Origin: Candidatus Saccharimonadota bacterium
GTDB taxonomy: Bacteria > Patescibacteriota > Gracilibacteria > Absconditabacterales > Absconditicoccaceae
Length of the DNA stretch: 32,000 nt
Reading direction: 5' to 3'
Assembly (NCBI GenBank): GCA_965231145.1
Contig: OZ246420.1
Coordinates: 390,001 to 422,000, forward strand
The notes beneath the pieces are model-generated. The model saw nothing but the letters and a program-made list of their open reading frames with translations, was not told the DNA's origin and ran no database searches. This document shows, piece after piece, positions 1-11,500 of the stretch. Each line of letters opens with the position of its first letter. Position 1 is the stretch's first letter. Made by a program: the position numbers and the translations under genes.

Positions 1-1
1 G

Positions 2-688
2 ATCTGTCAGGGAATGGGTTTCATTATTGAGTACGGAAAGGATGTGGTAACGAAATATGAAAATTTCTATTCGGTTAATATCCCCGCAACACATCCTGCA
101 ACTGAAATGCACGATACATATTTTCTTTCTCAATTAGACCCTGACGGAGATAATTTCGTGCTTCGTACACAAACATCTGCGATGCAAAATGATCTCATGA
201 AGCGCTACGGCGCACCACTGAAAGCGGTTGTTCCGGGAAAAGTATATAGAAATGAGAGTACTGATGCGTCGCATGATACTGTATTCCGACAGCTCGAAGG
301 AATGGTAATAGATAAAAACATGAGTATTGGACACTGTAAAGAAATGCTCACATCGTTACTTTCTGCTATCTTTGGAAAGAGTATGACGATTAGGATGAGA
401 CCCGCATATTTCCCTTTCGTAGAACCAGGTTTTGAGATAGATGCGAGTTGTCCTATCTGTGAACAGAAAGGATGTTCGCTTTGTAAGCAGACTGGTTGGA
501 TTGAGATTGTTGGTGCTGGTATGATTCATCCACGTGTCTTGGAAGAAGGAGGAATAGACAGTAAAGAGTATACTGGATTTGCCTTTGGTATGGGTATCAA
601 TAGAGTTGTTTCTATCAAATATGCTATAAAGGATATCAGATATTTCACCAATGGTGATCTGAGGTTCCTGAAGAGCTTCTCTGCGTAA
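2..688 (+). CDS. pheS: Phenylalanine--tRNA ligase alpha subunit, C-terminal catalytic part (5' end is upstream of the window)
   Basis: Frame 2 is open from the window edge. The translation carries a PheS-type class II core (FPFVEPGFEID, GWIEIVGAGMIHPRVL, GFAFGMGINR). TAA stop at 686-688 is followed by a hairpin and T-run. Confidence 0.9.
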   Translation: MCQGMGFIIEYGKDVVTKYENFYSVNIPATHPATEMHDTYFLSQLDPDGDNFVLRTQTSAMQNDLMKRYGAPLKAVVPGKVYRNESTDASHDTVFRQLEGMVIDKNMSIGHCKEMLTSLLSAIFGKSMTIRMRPAYFPFVEPGFEIDASCPICEQKGCSLCKQTGWIEIVGAGMIHPRVLEEGGIDSKEYTGFAFGMGINRVVSIKYAIKDIRYFTNGDLRFLKSFSA

Positions 689-707
689 TAGCACTATTCA
701 CTATAAG

Positions 708-736
708 AAGAGACTGCATCATCAGTCTTTTTTCTT
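708..736 (+). terminator. Rho-independent terminator after pheS
   Basis: Hairpin agactg-catcat-cagtct (711-728) followed by TTTTTTC. Confidence 0.6.
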
Positions 737-823
737 ATAAAAACTCTCCATTGGCTCAATAATTCTTTACTTTTACCTTTTCTTGTATACGATTGAACTG
801 GTTTTATATTTGTTTTGATACTT

Positions 824-1849
824 ATGAAATACTTTGCACTGGTAACGCGTTGACTTGAAGATATCGCCTTAGAGGACTTACAGGCGAATTTTTCAGATGT
901 GAAACTTATTTCTCATGCGTATAAGAGAATCATTTTTGAGTATGCAGGAAACCCTGAGGATCTTTTATCTTTGAGATCGGTTGATGATCTCTTTTTTTAT
1001 GTCGATACATTAACCGTAGGTAAGTATAGAGAGACGCTCATAACGCTTAAAGAGTACTTGATGCTTATGAAGTTAGGACATATTACCCAGGCAATTCAGA
1101 AGCTGAGAGGTGCGAAAGAACCATCGTTTTCCGTGTCGGTGAGTAATGTTGGCGACAAGAATTATACGCCAAAAGAAATCAAAGAGATTGCTGTAGCAGG
1201 TATTGGATCCGCTTTTGATTGGCATGAAAGAGAAGATGGAGAGCAATCATGTAATATAAGAATTTTCATCGAAAAAGAGGAGTGTCTGATCGGCGTAAGA
1301 GTCGCGGCTGCGCCGCTCCATAGAAGAGAGTATAAGACAGCGACGCTGCCTGGGTCGCTGAAAGCACCGATTGCTTATGCAATGCTGAAAGTTGCTGGAG
1401 TAAAACAAGGTTCTGTCGTCCTTGATCCGATGTGCGGAGTAGGAACCATAGTGCTGGAAGCAGCAACGCTGACGAGTAATATTATTGCTGGAGACATGAA
1501 CCAAGAAGCGTTACAGATCGTCCAAGATAGCAATACGACTGATGCAGATATTGCTTTTTGCCAATGGGATGCACGTCACATGTCACTTGATGCTTCATCT
1601 ATAGATCATATTGTGACTAACCTTCCATTTGGAAAACAGATCCCCATAGAGGAGCCGGAAGCATTTTTCTCTGCATTGCTTACAGAGTTTATAAGAGTGC
1701 TTAAACTTAGTGGAAATATCGTGCTTTTAACGATGCATAAGGAGATTGTTTTAAAGGTGTCGACTGAGCTTTGATTGCATATTATTTCTGAAACAGAAAT
1801 TAGTTTATTTTGACTGAACCCGTCAATTCTTCTTATCGAGAAAAAATAG
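824..1849 (+). CDS. THUMP-domain SAM-dependent RNA methyltransferase (341 aa under code 25)
   Basis: The track shows only 899..1774. ATG 824 is in the same frame, and reading TGA at 851, 1772 and 1811 as sense gives one frame ending at TAG 1847-1849. The N-terminus MKYFALVTR[TGA]LEDIALEDL fits the TxxGLE start of THUMP methyltransferases. It also has SAM motif I (VLDPMCGVGTIVLEAA) and the NLPFG motif. Confidence 0.8.
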
Positions 1850-1963
1850 TTATCTCTTCTGTCTATTGAGTGGTCTTTCTGGCAAAAAAGCCTTGTATTC
1901 TTTAAAATTTTGGTTACATTGTAGATATAGTATCATTAATTTAGATTTTGTCAACTAATTGCT

Positions 1964-3505
1964 ATGAGAGATACATTGAAGTTTATTATTCAGGTAGCCG
2001 TTATTGTATTTGTAGGGTGGTTCCTGGTGAAATTTACGACGATAGATGATTCCATCATCTCATTTTTTCGCGCAAATAGTACGGTTATGACATGAAATGT
2101 TTCAGTTATCAATAACGGAGGAGATATTGTAGCCGGTGACGGCGCGTCGTGTACGACTCCATGGGGTGAAACACTCAATCATGGAACGTATATCATCGCC
2201 TATGAAAGCACGCAGTCATGTAAATATGAAAAGAGATTTTGTAATAATGGATATCTTGAAGGAACTTATTCATCAGACCACTGTAATTCACCTGAAGGCA
2301 TCATCCAAAAGACTGTCGTAAAACCCGTTATTTCTAAGATTGCATATGGTTATGTGCAGGGGACAACACAAAGCAATTATAGTTCTCCGAGCCTTACCAA
2401 TGGTAATGGAACAGTAACCATCATCAACTCATGGAATAATACGAAAGGGAATCCAACGACTATTTCAGCAAATGATAGTAACTATAAGAAGCCAACAGCT
2501 TATAAAAACTATGACCTTACACAGCATGGATGTACAACGCCATGGGGAAGTTATATAGATAGCAGCGAATGGGTTATTGCCTATAAGTCACCAAAGCCAG
2601 CCTATGCAGGAGCTTCATGTACGTATGAAAGAAGAACATGTTTCCAGGGTACGCTTGGTGGAAGTTACATCTATCCAACATGTACACTTGCTAACAATAA
2701 CACTATCTATAATAATTATGGTCAGGATTACTATTATCCAACTTCAGTCACAAACAGATCTTGTATAACACCATGGGGACAGTCAGTAAGAAATGGTTCT
2801 CGTGTTTATGCGTACAGATCATCATACTCTTCATCAAGCTATGGATGTCAGGGAGAGTATAGAACTTGTAGAAATGGTTACCTCGATGGTAGTTACCAGT
2901 ACAGCTCATGTAATAACTATGATAATGGTTGTCACTATGGTAACTGTGGAGGAAATGACTATGGTAGAAGCTGCTCACTTCCATGGGGAGGTAGCATAGC
3001 AGATGGGTCATCAGTAACAGCGTACAACAACTCATCAGCACCATGTTCAAGTGAAAGAAGAACATGTAGAAATGGCTATCTTGAGGGTAGTTATCAGTAT
3101 AGTTCATGTAATAATACACCAACATATAGTTCTTGTTCACTCCCATGGGGAGGTTCTATTCAGAACGGACAGACAGTAGAAGCTTACCAAAACTCATCAG
3201 CTCCATGTTACAAAGAGGTAAGAACATGTTACAATGGTTCGCTTGGTGGAAGCTTTCAGTATGCATCATGTAACCCTGGAACAAATCCAACAGGCGGATC
3301 AGATACATATGGTAGCTGGCAAAGTGCTGGTGACAAGGAAGGAAACGTTGATAGCCTTGATACTTGTAACTCTAATGCAACATCGCCATATACGTGTGGA
3401 TCAGAAAGCTCAAATAGCTGTACTGACTACCAGAAAATTAATTGTACATCATTTTCTCCTATGATCTGTTCATATCAAACAAGAGCGGTATCGTGTGTCA
3501 AATAA
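1964..3505 (+). CDS. Secreted/anchored cysteine-rich 'C-x2-PWG' repeat protein (513 aa under code 25)
   Basis: ATG 1964 shares a frame with track ORF 2354..3505, joined through one TGA at 2093-2095. N-terminal hydrophobic helix (FIIQVAVIVFVGWFLV), then five Cys-rich modules and a Cys-rich tail. TAA stop at 3503-3505, with a terminator downstream. Confidence 0.75.
2150..3271 (+). repeat. Five tandem ~46-51-aa protein modules: C-x-[TL]-P-W-G-x(~14)-A-Y-x(5-11)-C-x2-E-x-R-x-C-x-[NQ]-G-x-L-x-G-[ST]-[YF]-x(3-4)-C
   Basis: Modules run from first to last Cys codon at 2150-2284, 2531-2683, 2762-2911, 2972-3109 and 3134-3271. Each has four conserved Cys, for example CSLPWGGSIADGSSVTAYNNSSAPCSSERRTCRNGYLEGSYQYSSC. 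Confidence 0.8.
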
Positions 3506-3545
3506 ACTCAAAGAGTAGAAAGCAAAGAGCAAAATTATTATGGTA

Positions 3546-3575
3546 AAAATCCTGCAATATCGCAGGATTTTTTCT
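3546..3575 (+). terminator. Rho-independent terminator after the PWG-repeat gene
   Basis: Stem atcctgc (3549-3555) pairs with gcaggat (3562-3568), followed by a T-run. Confidence 0.7.
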
Positions 3576-3628
3576 TGAAAGAAAAGCGCTTATTCGTATG
3601 ATTATCAATACATCTAAACATTACATGT

Positions 3629-3745
3629 ATGAGACCACAACCACGTAAAAATTCGCTCAAGAAGAAGGTAATTAGCAAAATCCGATATGCTAAAGTTGTT
3701 CGGCACTGCACACCCAACCGCTATCGCGGTCTTCGCTGGAAGTAG
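3629..3745 (+). CDS. Possible 38-aa highly basic small protein (MRPQPRKNSLKKKVISKIRYAKVVRHCTPNRYRGLRWK)
   Basis: ATG to TAG ORF below the track's size cut-off, followed 20 nt later by a strong terminator. I recognise no family, and it could equally be an untranslated RNA. Confidence 0.2.
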   Translation: MRPQPRKNSLKKKVISKIRYAKVVRHCTPNRYRGLRWK

Positions 3746-3766
3746 TTCTAAAAGACAATTGTATTC

Positions 3767-3792
3767 AGATCCCGTTTCGGGGTCTTTTTTTT
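3767..3792 (+). terminator. Rho-independent terminator
   Basis: Hairpin agatccc-gtttc-ggggtct (7 bp including one G-U pair) followed by T8. Confidence 0.6.
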
Positions 3793-4080
3793 ATGCTTGA
3801 TATAGCATAGTTATCAAAAAGAGGTCCATTTCGCATGTCTGCGCATATCATTTTTTATATGTCAAACAACTATATCACAAAATTCTTTTTACTGCTACAC
3901 CCTTTTGCGAAATCCCGAAAAATCTCTAATATAGAACTATCACAAAACCTAGAGAAAAGGTTGTAGCCTGTCTTTGGATGTTGCGATCGAGGTATCCCTC
4001 GTTAAACTCGTTATCACTCCTATGAAAGCATATGAGGATAATAATTAACTCTGGTTTGATGAGGTTTTCTTCAAGATCAA

Positions 4081-4180
4081 GTGGCTGACTGTATTTCTTT
4101 CATCCTCTTCATCTTGGCGAAAGCCACCTCATCGGATCATAGTGATGAGGTGACTGTATTCAGTCATCTTTTTCTTTATT
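4081..4180 (+). other. Three consecutive hairpins ending in a T-run; candidate small structured RNA 3' end
   Basis: Stems are gtggct (4081-86)/agccac (4122-27), cctcatc (4127-33)/gatgagg (4144-50), and tgactg-tatt-cagtca (4151-66) followed by tctttttctttatt. There is no convincing ORF, and I saw no RNase P, SRP or tmRNA signature motifs. Confidence 0.25.
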
Positions 4181-4205
4181 AAAAAAAATCCTCGCCAAGC
4201 GAAGA
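4181..4205 (-). terminator. Rho-independent terminator after mnmA
   Basis: The minus strand reads tcttcg-cttgg-cgagga then T8. It starts 3 nt after the mnmA TAG stop. Confidence 0.5.
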
Positions 4206-4207
4206 TC

Positions 4208-5251
<1,044 letters not shown>

Positions 5252-5527
5252 GGGTTGAAGTATATTTTTTTATAACAAAAAAACAATGAAATATCATTTC
5301 ACAGAAAGAAAAAATAGAGCTTATTTATTGTATTCAATTTCTTTTATAATAGCTTAATAGAGCCATTATAATGGAGTGGTGGTTTCTGAAAAAACAATGG
5401 TTCTCGATCGCTTACGACGACACAAGAAGAGTGGAGACACATCCGGAAATTTACTTTTGGGATACTTACTGTATATCTAAGCGCTTTTTCAGTGCAAGCA
5501 AAAAGAGCATCTTCCTGTAATTATGGA

Positions 5528-5555
5528 TTGACTTGTTTTCCATATTTCATATAAA
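5528..5555 (+). promoter_or_regulatory. Candidate sigma70-type promoter for adk
   Basis: TTGACT (5528-5533), 16-nt spacer, TATAAA (5550-5555), about 27 nt upstream of the adk ATG. Confidence 0.35.
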
Positions 5556-5582
5556 TATGAAACAAAAACACATAATTGAAAT

Positions 5583-6164
5583 ATGAAACAGTTAGTATTA
5601 ATTCTCTTTGGACCACCAGGGTGTGGCAAAGGCACACAAGCAGAAAATGTTGTGCAACAATATGGGCTACTTCACATCAGTACAGGAGATTTACTCCGGG
5701 ATGAAATAGCTGCTCAGACTGATCTGGGTAAAGAAGCAAAAAAGCACATGGATCTGGGAGAGCTTGTACCAGATGAGGTGGTGATGAAAATGATCAGTGA
5801 ATACATTGCTGCTAACTCTGATGCTCCAGGATTCCTTTTTGATGGATTTCCCCGTACTAATGCACAAGCTGAGTTTCTTACTGCGCTTTTGCAGGAAAAA
5901 CTAATAGAACTTATTGGTCTTATAACCTTGGATGTGCCAGAAGATCTCCTTGTTGAGCGTTTGGTGCAACGAGGAATAGAGAAAGGTCGTACTGACGATA
6001 CTCCGGAGGTTATCCGAGACCGTCTCAAAACCTATGCTACCAAAACTATGCCAGTGCTTGAATATTATACAAGTATTGGTAAAAAAATTGTCAGTCTTGA
6101 TGGCGTAGGACACGTTAAAGTCGTTTTTGCGCGTATTGTCAGTGCATTAAACGAGATGATGTAA
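5583..6164 (+). CDS. adk: Adenylate kinase (short-lid form, 193 aa)
   Basis: Intact ORF with P-loop GPPGCGKGTQ, the ISTGDLLR and DGFPRT motifs, and a TAA stop. Confidence 0.95.
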   Translation: MKQLVLILFGPPGCGKGTQAENVVQQYGLLHISTGDLLRDEIAAQTDLGKEAKKHMDLGELVPDEVVMKMISEYIAANSDAPGFLFDGFPRTNAQAEFLTALLQEKLIELIGLITLDVPEDLLVERLVQRGIEKGRTDDTPEVIRDRLKTYATKTMPVLEYYTSIGKKIVSLDGVGHVKVVFARIVSALNEMM

Positions 6165-6188
6165 GTGAAAACCAAATAATTGTTATGT

Positions 6189-6220
6189 AAAGCCGGGTAA
6201 TCCCGGCTTTTTCTTTTTCG
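6189..6220 (+). terminator. Rho-independent terminator after adk
   Basis: Hairpin aagccggg-taat-cccggctt (6190-6209) followed by tttctttttc. Confidence 0.7.
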
Positions 6221-6308
6221 GAGAAAAAGATGAGGAGAAAGGTGAGAATTACTGCAAATTCGTTGTTATGAAGCCATTTGTAGATGGTCTTTTTTGATGG
6301 GTCATTTT

Positions 6309-6337
6309 TTGCGTTTTTGTGCTATTTCGAGTATAAT
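6309..6337 (+). promoter_or_regulatory. Candidate sigma70-type promoter for the PilB-like gene
   Basis: TTGCGT (6309-6314), 17-nt spacer, TATAAT (6332-6337). Confidence 0.4.
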
Positions 6338-6381
6338 AAATACGTTAGATTTTTTACGGAAGTTTTTCTCGAAAAACCGCA

Positions 6382-7959
6382 ATGGTAAACCAATTGACGA
6401 AGAAGATACTTGAGCAGGAGGATGTGAAGGCGTTACAGCCTGATTTTTCGTTCGTTAAACTTCTTCCCAGAGAGATAGCTTCTAAGGCTCAGACCATAGT
6501 GTTTGATGGGGCAAAAAGTAACCTTATGCTGTTGACGACAAATTTCAATGCAGCAGCAGTTAACTCTATCGTGCAGCAATTGACCGTAAAAGGGTACAAG
6601 CCAGAGCTTTACTATACCGATCCATTTTCTTTTGAAATAGCGTTGGGGTGGTATGACCAGATTGAGAAGAACGAGGCAAAGGCTGCAGAAGATAAAGCTG
6701 CGCAGCAAAATGCCCTTGGTAAATCTGCAGAAGAACTTCTCAAGAAGCTCTATGATGAAAAACAGAACTATGAAGATGGTCTGTTTCTTCATGAAATTAT
6801 TAGACTTGCATACCAGTCTGGAGCATCAGATCTTCATTTTCAGCCAGAGCAGGAGAAGATTGCGATGCGTATGAGAAAGGACGGTATCATGAAAGATGTG
6901 TTGGACTTTACGCAGGCAGAGTTTAAGAAATATCTTTTGAAGCTGAAGTTTATGTCAGGAGCAAAGATGAATATTGATTATCTGCCGCAAGATGGACGTT
7001 TTGACTTTCAGGTTGATATCAATGGTTTAAAGAAGCAGATTGACGTGCGTGTGAACTTCATGCCAGGACTGAGAGGAGAGGGGATAGTTATGAGATTCCT
7101 TGATGCACAAGCGGGTATTATGACATTTACGGATATTGGATTTTTGCCGGAAAGTATCAAAGTCATGAAGGAACAGATGGCAAAGAACTACGGTATGATC
7201 CTTATGACTGGTCCTACTGGTTCGGGTAAAACAACAACACTTTACTCTATGCTCCAGTATTTGAATAATTCAACAAAGAAGATTATTACGCTTGAAGAGC
7301 CGGTGGAGTTTGAAATTCCTGGTATCGAGCAATCTCAGATAAATCCGCTCAAGGGTTATACGTATGAAGAAGGTTTGAAGTCGATTCTCCGTCATGATCC
7401 GGATGTAATCCTCGTGGGAGAAATACGTACCAAAGAAACAGCAGAAATTGCCCTTAATGCGGCTCTTACTGGTCACTTGGTTCTTTCTACGCTCCATACC
7501 AACTCAGCTATCGAAGCAGTCTCCAGACTTGTCAATCTTGGTATCCCTGGATATCAGTTAGCTCCAGCACTCAATCTTGTGATTGGACAAAGACTCGTAA
7601 GAAAGCTCCATACATGCGCTACAAAGCGTGAGGCGACACTTCCTGAACAGCAAGAGATCAAAGAAGTGATTCGTCATATCCATGAGATGGATCCAACTCG
7701 TAAAATCGATTTTGACGGACATATCTGGAGTGCTGTAGGTTGTGAGGAGTGTGGTCACGATGGGTATCAGTGACGTCTTGCTGTAGTAGAGACATTTGAC
7801 GTTAATAGCGACATCAAAGATATGATCCTCAATGGAAAAAATACTCTGGATGTCTATGCAGAAATGCGTCAGCATGGCTATCTGACTATGAAAGAAGATG
7901 CATATATTAAGATGCTTGAAGGTAAGACAACGTTAGAGGAGATAAGAAGAGTATTGTAG
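6382..7959 (+). CDS. Type II/IV secretion / type IV pilus assembly ATPase, GspE/PilB family (525 aa under code 25)
   Basis: N-terminal T2SSE_N-like region, Walker A GPTGSGKTTT, LVGEIR, and a His box (TGHLVLSTLHTN). The track ORF ends at TGA 7771-7773 inside CEECGHDGYQ[TGA]RLAVVE (the GYxGR motif). The frame continues 62 codons to TAG 7957-7959. Confidence 0.9.
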
Positions 7960-7985
7960 TCTTTATATTTCTTTTTCATTACAAT

Positions 7986-8492
7986 ATGGAACGTTATTAT
8001 ATTGGCAGCAGAAAAGCAGTAGAAAAAGAGGAAGAAAGAGAGCGGTATATGAATACTATCTCTGATCTTCAGGCAACATTATTTTCTACTGAGAAGGTAA
8101 TACTTGATCAAATAGATCGTGATATAGATGGGGCTGTAAAGTTATATATAAAGCCATTATTTGCTGATAATCATAAAGATCTTATTGTTACAAGAGTAAA
8201 AAATACTATTAAAGATTATCTCAACGAATGATTATTGAAGCAACCACCTGGTTTTTGGGAGTATTTTTTCTCGGGCGAGTTTGCCTACCATTTCTCCTAT
8301 CGGATTAGCTATAACAAGAACATCGTAGATCATTATTATGCTCATAAGGATGTAGATAAATACGAAGATGTGTTGATTGACTCTTTTAAAGATGCTGCGG
8401 AGCAGGTGCTTGAACAATATAATGAGAACGAGAAAAATAAATCAAAGAAAATTATCAATGAAGTAAAAGAAGTAGATATTGGTCTAAATTAA
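7986..8492 (+). CDS. Hypothetical protein (168 aa under code 25)
   Basis: Track ORFs 7986..8231 and 8235..8492 are in the same frame, joined by TGA 8229-8231. It sits 27 nt downstream of the PilB-like gene. No recognisable motifs. Confidence 0.5.
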
Positions 8493-8544
8493 CGAATAAC
8501 ATCATCAAAACATATTCCTAAACAATCGGGAATATGTTTTTATA

Positions 8545-11500
8545 TTACTTCAACGTTCTCATCAAAAGATCCATAACGTCAATTCTACGATTCTTTATGA
8601 TCCTTAGGCGAGAGGTTTCATCATATCTTTTAAGAATAATCTGCAGCTCATTTGTGCTGAGAGTATCGTATGGTCTGAAACTCGGTGTAAGTGTATTGGC
8701 TGTTGAGCCTCTTCCCATGAGACCGAGATTACAGATGTCTTGTATGACGCTTCTTACTGACTCGTTAATACTTTCATCAATATCTTGGTATGCATAAATA
8801 TTACATTCGCTACGAGGTTCGATTTCCTGCTGTGCTACATTTTTTACGTAGTTGACGATCATCGTAGCAGCTTCATACCTTTGTACTGGCACATAGAGTC
8901 TTGCTCTGCTCAGTGGCATAGTTGTCACGCCATTATCATGTGCCCATCTATAGACACTTGCAGGCGATGGATTTGTACCCATGTTTCCTCTATCTGGTAT
9001 CGGTTCATTTCCTGTTTCAATAGGTTTAGATTGGCTTTCTGCCGTAAGTATAGGTCTTGTATTGAGATTAAATGTCGGAGAAGCTCCGTCTTTGCCTGTA
9101 GCGACATTTGCGCGTTCTGGAAGAATAGTATCTATCCATGCATATGTGCCGGTAAGTGTATTGTTCGAATGATCGCTATCGTATCCAGACCAGAGAGTAA
9201 ATGTGAAGTCGTAGATTACCCCGGTTGTGGTATCTATGACAAAAGCTCCGGTAAAGAGAATAGTTGCATCATTTTGTGCAGAACTACTTGGGAGGATAGT
9301 ATATGTATATATTCCACTACCAAGTGATGTCCATCAGTTATTGTTGCTTGCAGAAATCATTCCGGTACCAATATCCACTCTCAGAGAACCAGTGAATGAA
9401 GCACTTGCTTCTCCTTGTGAGTAACGTGCTCCCAGAGTAAGAGTTGAACCTGTCATTTGAGTTCCTGATGTTGGAGAGAGGACAATGCTATTAAGTCTGC
9501 TGTCGCTGAGTATCGTCTGTGTATCTTCCCAGTTTACCTGATATGTATCCATGATGTCTAGCTCAGTACTTGCTATAACAGCTCTTGCAAGATGGTTGTA
9601 AGAAACATCTAATACATTGAGATTGCTGAGTGAAGAGAGAGTATTGCCAGGTATAGTAATAAGTTCATTGTGAGCAATGGAGAAGAATTCCAAATTACTA
9701 ATATTGAGAATGGTTGTTGGGAGCGTAGAGAAGTTATTTGTACTTATGTCTACTGCTGTAAGATATGGAAGTGAAGCAATGCTACTTGGGAGAGAAGAAA
9801 GATTGTTTGCAGAGAGGTCTATTCAGACAATATGTCATCCTGCGCAGCTTATGCCTTGCCAGTCACATATATTACTAATAGCGTTAGTACCCCAAGCCTG
9901 AGACCAACCACTCATGTTTGCAACTGTTGTTCCTGAAAGGGCAGTAGCAAAGTTTACTATTGTCTTACATTCATTTTCTGATATATCGAGCACTCATGCG
10001 CACGTACTTATCGTAACGCTTGATGCGTCAGTTGTCGCAGTTCTTATATCTCCTATATTTCCCATGAGATCTTGATATGAGATCGCTATACTTATAGCTC
10101 CTGCCGATACATTATTGTCAATTTCAAGCTCAGCTGTATAACAGTAGCTTTCGCATACTGTTTGTGAGACGCTAGCGCTTTGGCCTCATAGCGAAACGGC
10201 AAGAGTACTCATGTTCAATTGTTCATTTGATCTGAACGTCAGAGTAATAGTATCTCCATTTTCGCCAATCGTTGGATTCGTATTGTCTGTGCCTATGTGG
10301 ATAGTATCGAGCAAAGGTTTCTGTGTGTCTATATTTACTGTTCCGCTTGTTACCGCTGTTCTTACGGCGCCTATATTTCCTGCAAGGTCTGCATACGATA
10401 TACGAATGCCTGCGATACCATTGTTTGTAGTACCATCCACCGTAATGCTTCCTGAGTAACAGAATCCATCGCAGCTCATTCTTTGGAGATTTGCTGATCT
10501 TCCTGCTATGAGTCCAGACAGGCTTCCGGTCATGAGCGCTTCGCTTGCTGTAAAGAGGAGTGTTATTTTATCTCCTGATTTTGCACCTGTAGAATAGATG
10601 TTATTTGAAAAAATGAAGATATTTGAAAGAGTAGGAACAGATGCGTCTATACTTACTGATGAACTATCAGTTGTTTCTGTGATAGTTCATCCTGTGTTGC
10701 CTGCAGCGTCTTTATATGATACCGCTAATGCTACTGTTCATGAGGTGGTAGTACTGTCTACGACAATGCTTCCTGAATAACAGAACCCCGGACAGTTAGA
10801 CATCCTTACTACCGATCCGGACTTATTTGCTATACTGAGAGAGATCGATCAGGTGAGGAGGATTTCATCCGTTGTGAAAGATACCATGATAGTGTCGCCA
10901 GATCTTGCAACTCATGTTTGTGAGTTTGATGAGCGTATGTTTGCGGATAATAGAGCAGGTATTTGGTTGTCTATAGTTACTGAAGATCAATCAGTTACTG
11001 TAGTAAATTGAGTCCCAGAAACACCTATCATGTTTGTATAATCTATAGTGAATGAGACTGGATTACTGAATGCCTGAGACACCTGTGCTGTCGCAGTATA
11101 ACAATGAGATCCGCATGATCCGGTAGCAATACTAGCTTGCTGTCAATTTATGTCTACATTTATGTTGTTGATATCCAATTGTTCAGAACCTGTAAATGAA
11201 AGTATGATATTGTCTCCAGATTTTGCCAATGAGGTATTGTTTGCATTGTTAGAAGCGATATGCACATAAGTAAGCGTCGGTGCTTCTCTGACTACTTGTA
11301 CTGATGAGCTATCTGTTGTAGAAATATGAGTTACTCATGAGTTTCCAAATAAGTCGCTGTAAGAGATTGATATATCAAGTTCTCCATCAGAGAAATTACT
11401 ATCAATCGTAACAGTAGCGGTATAACATATCCCGCCACATGATGCCTCTTCAAGTGTTGCAGTTTGTCATCCTATAGTCACGTTTGCGCTGGTAAGATCA

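Noticed and set aside
2136-3464. Alternative-frame track ORFs inside the PWG-repeat gene (2136..2321, 2577..2768, 2748..3146 minus, 2793..2999, 3234..3464)
   Set aside because: They overlap a frame with five conserved 4-Cys modules. Their sequences are His/Met/Val-rich, which is an artefact of repetitive codon content.
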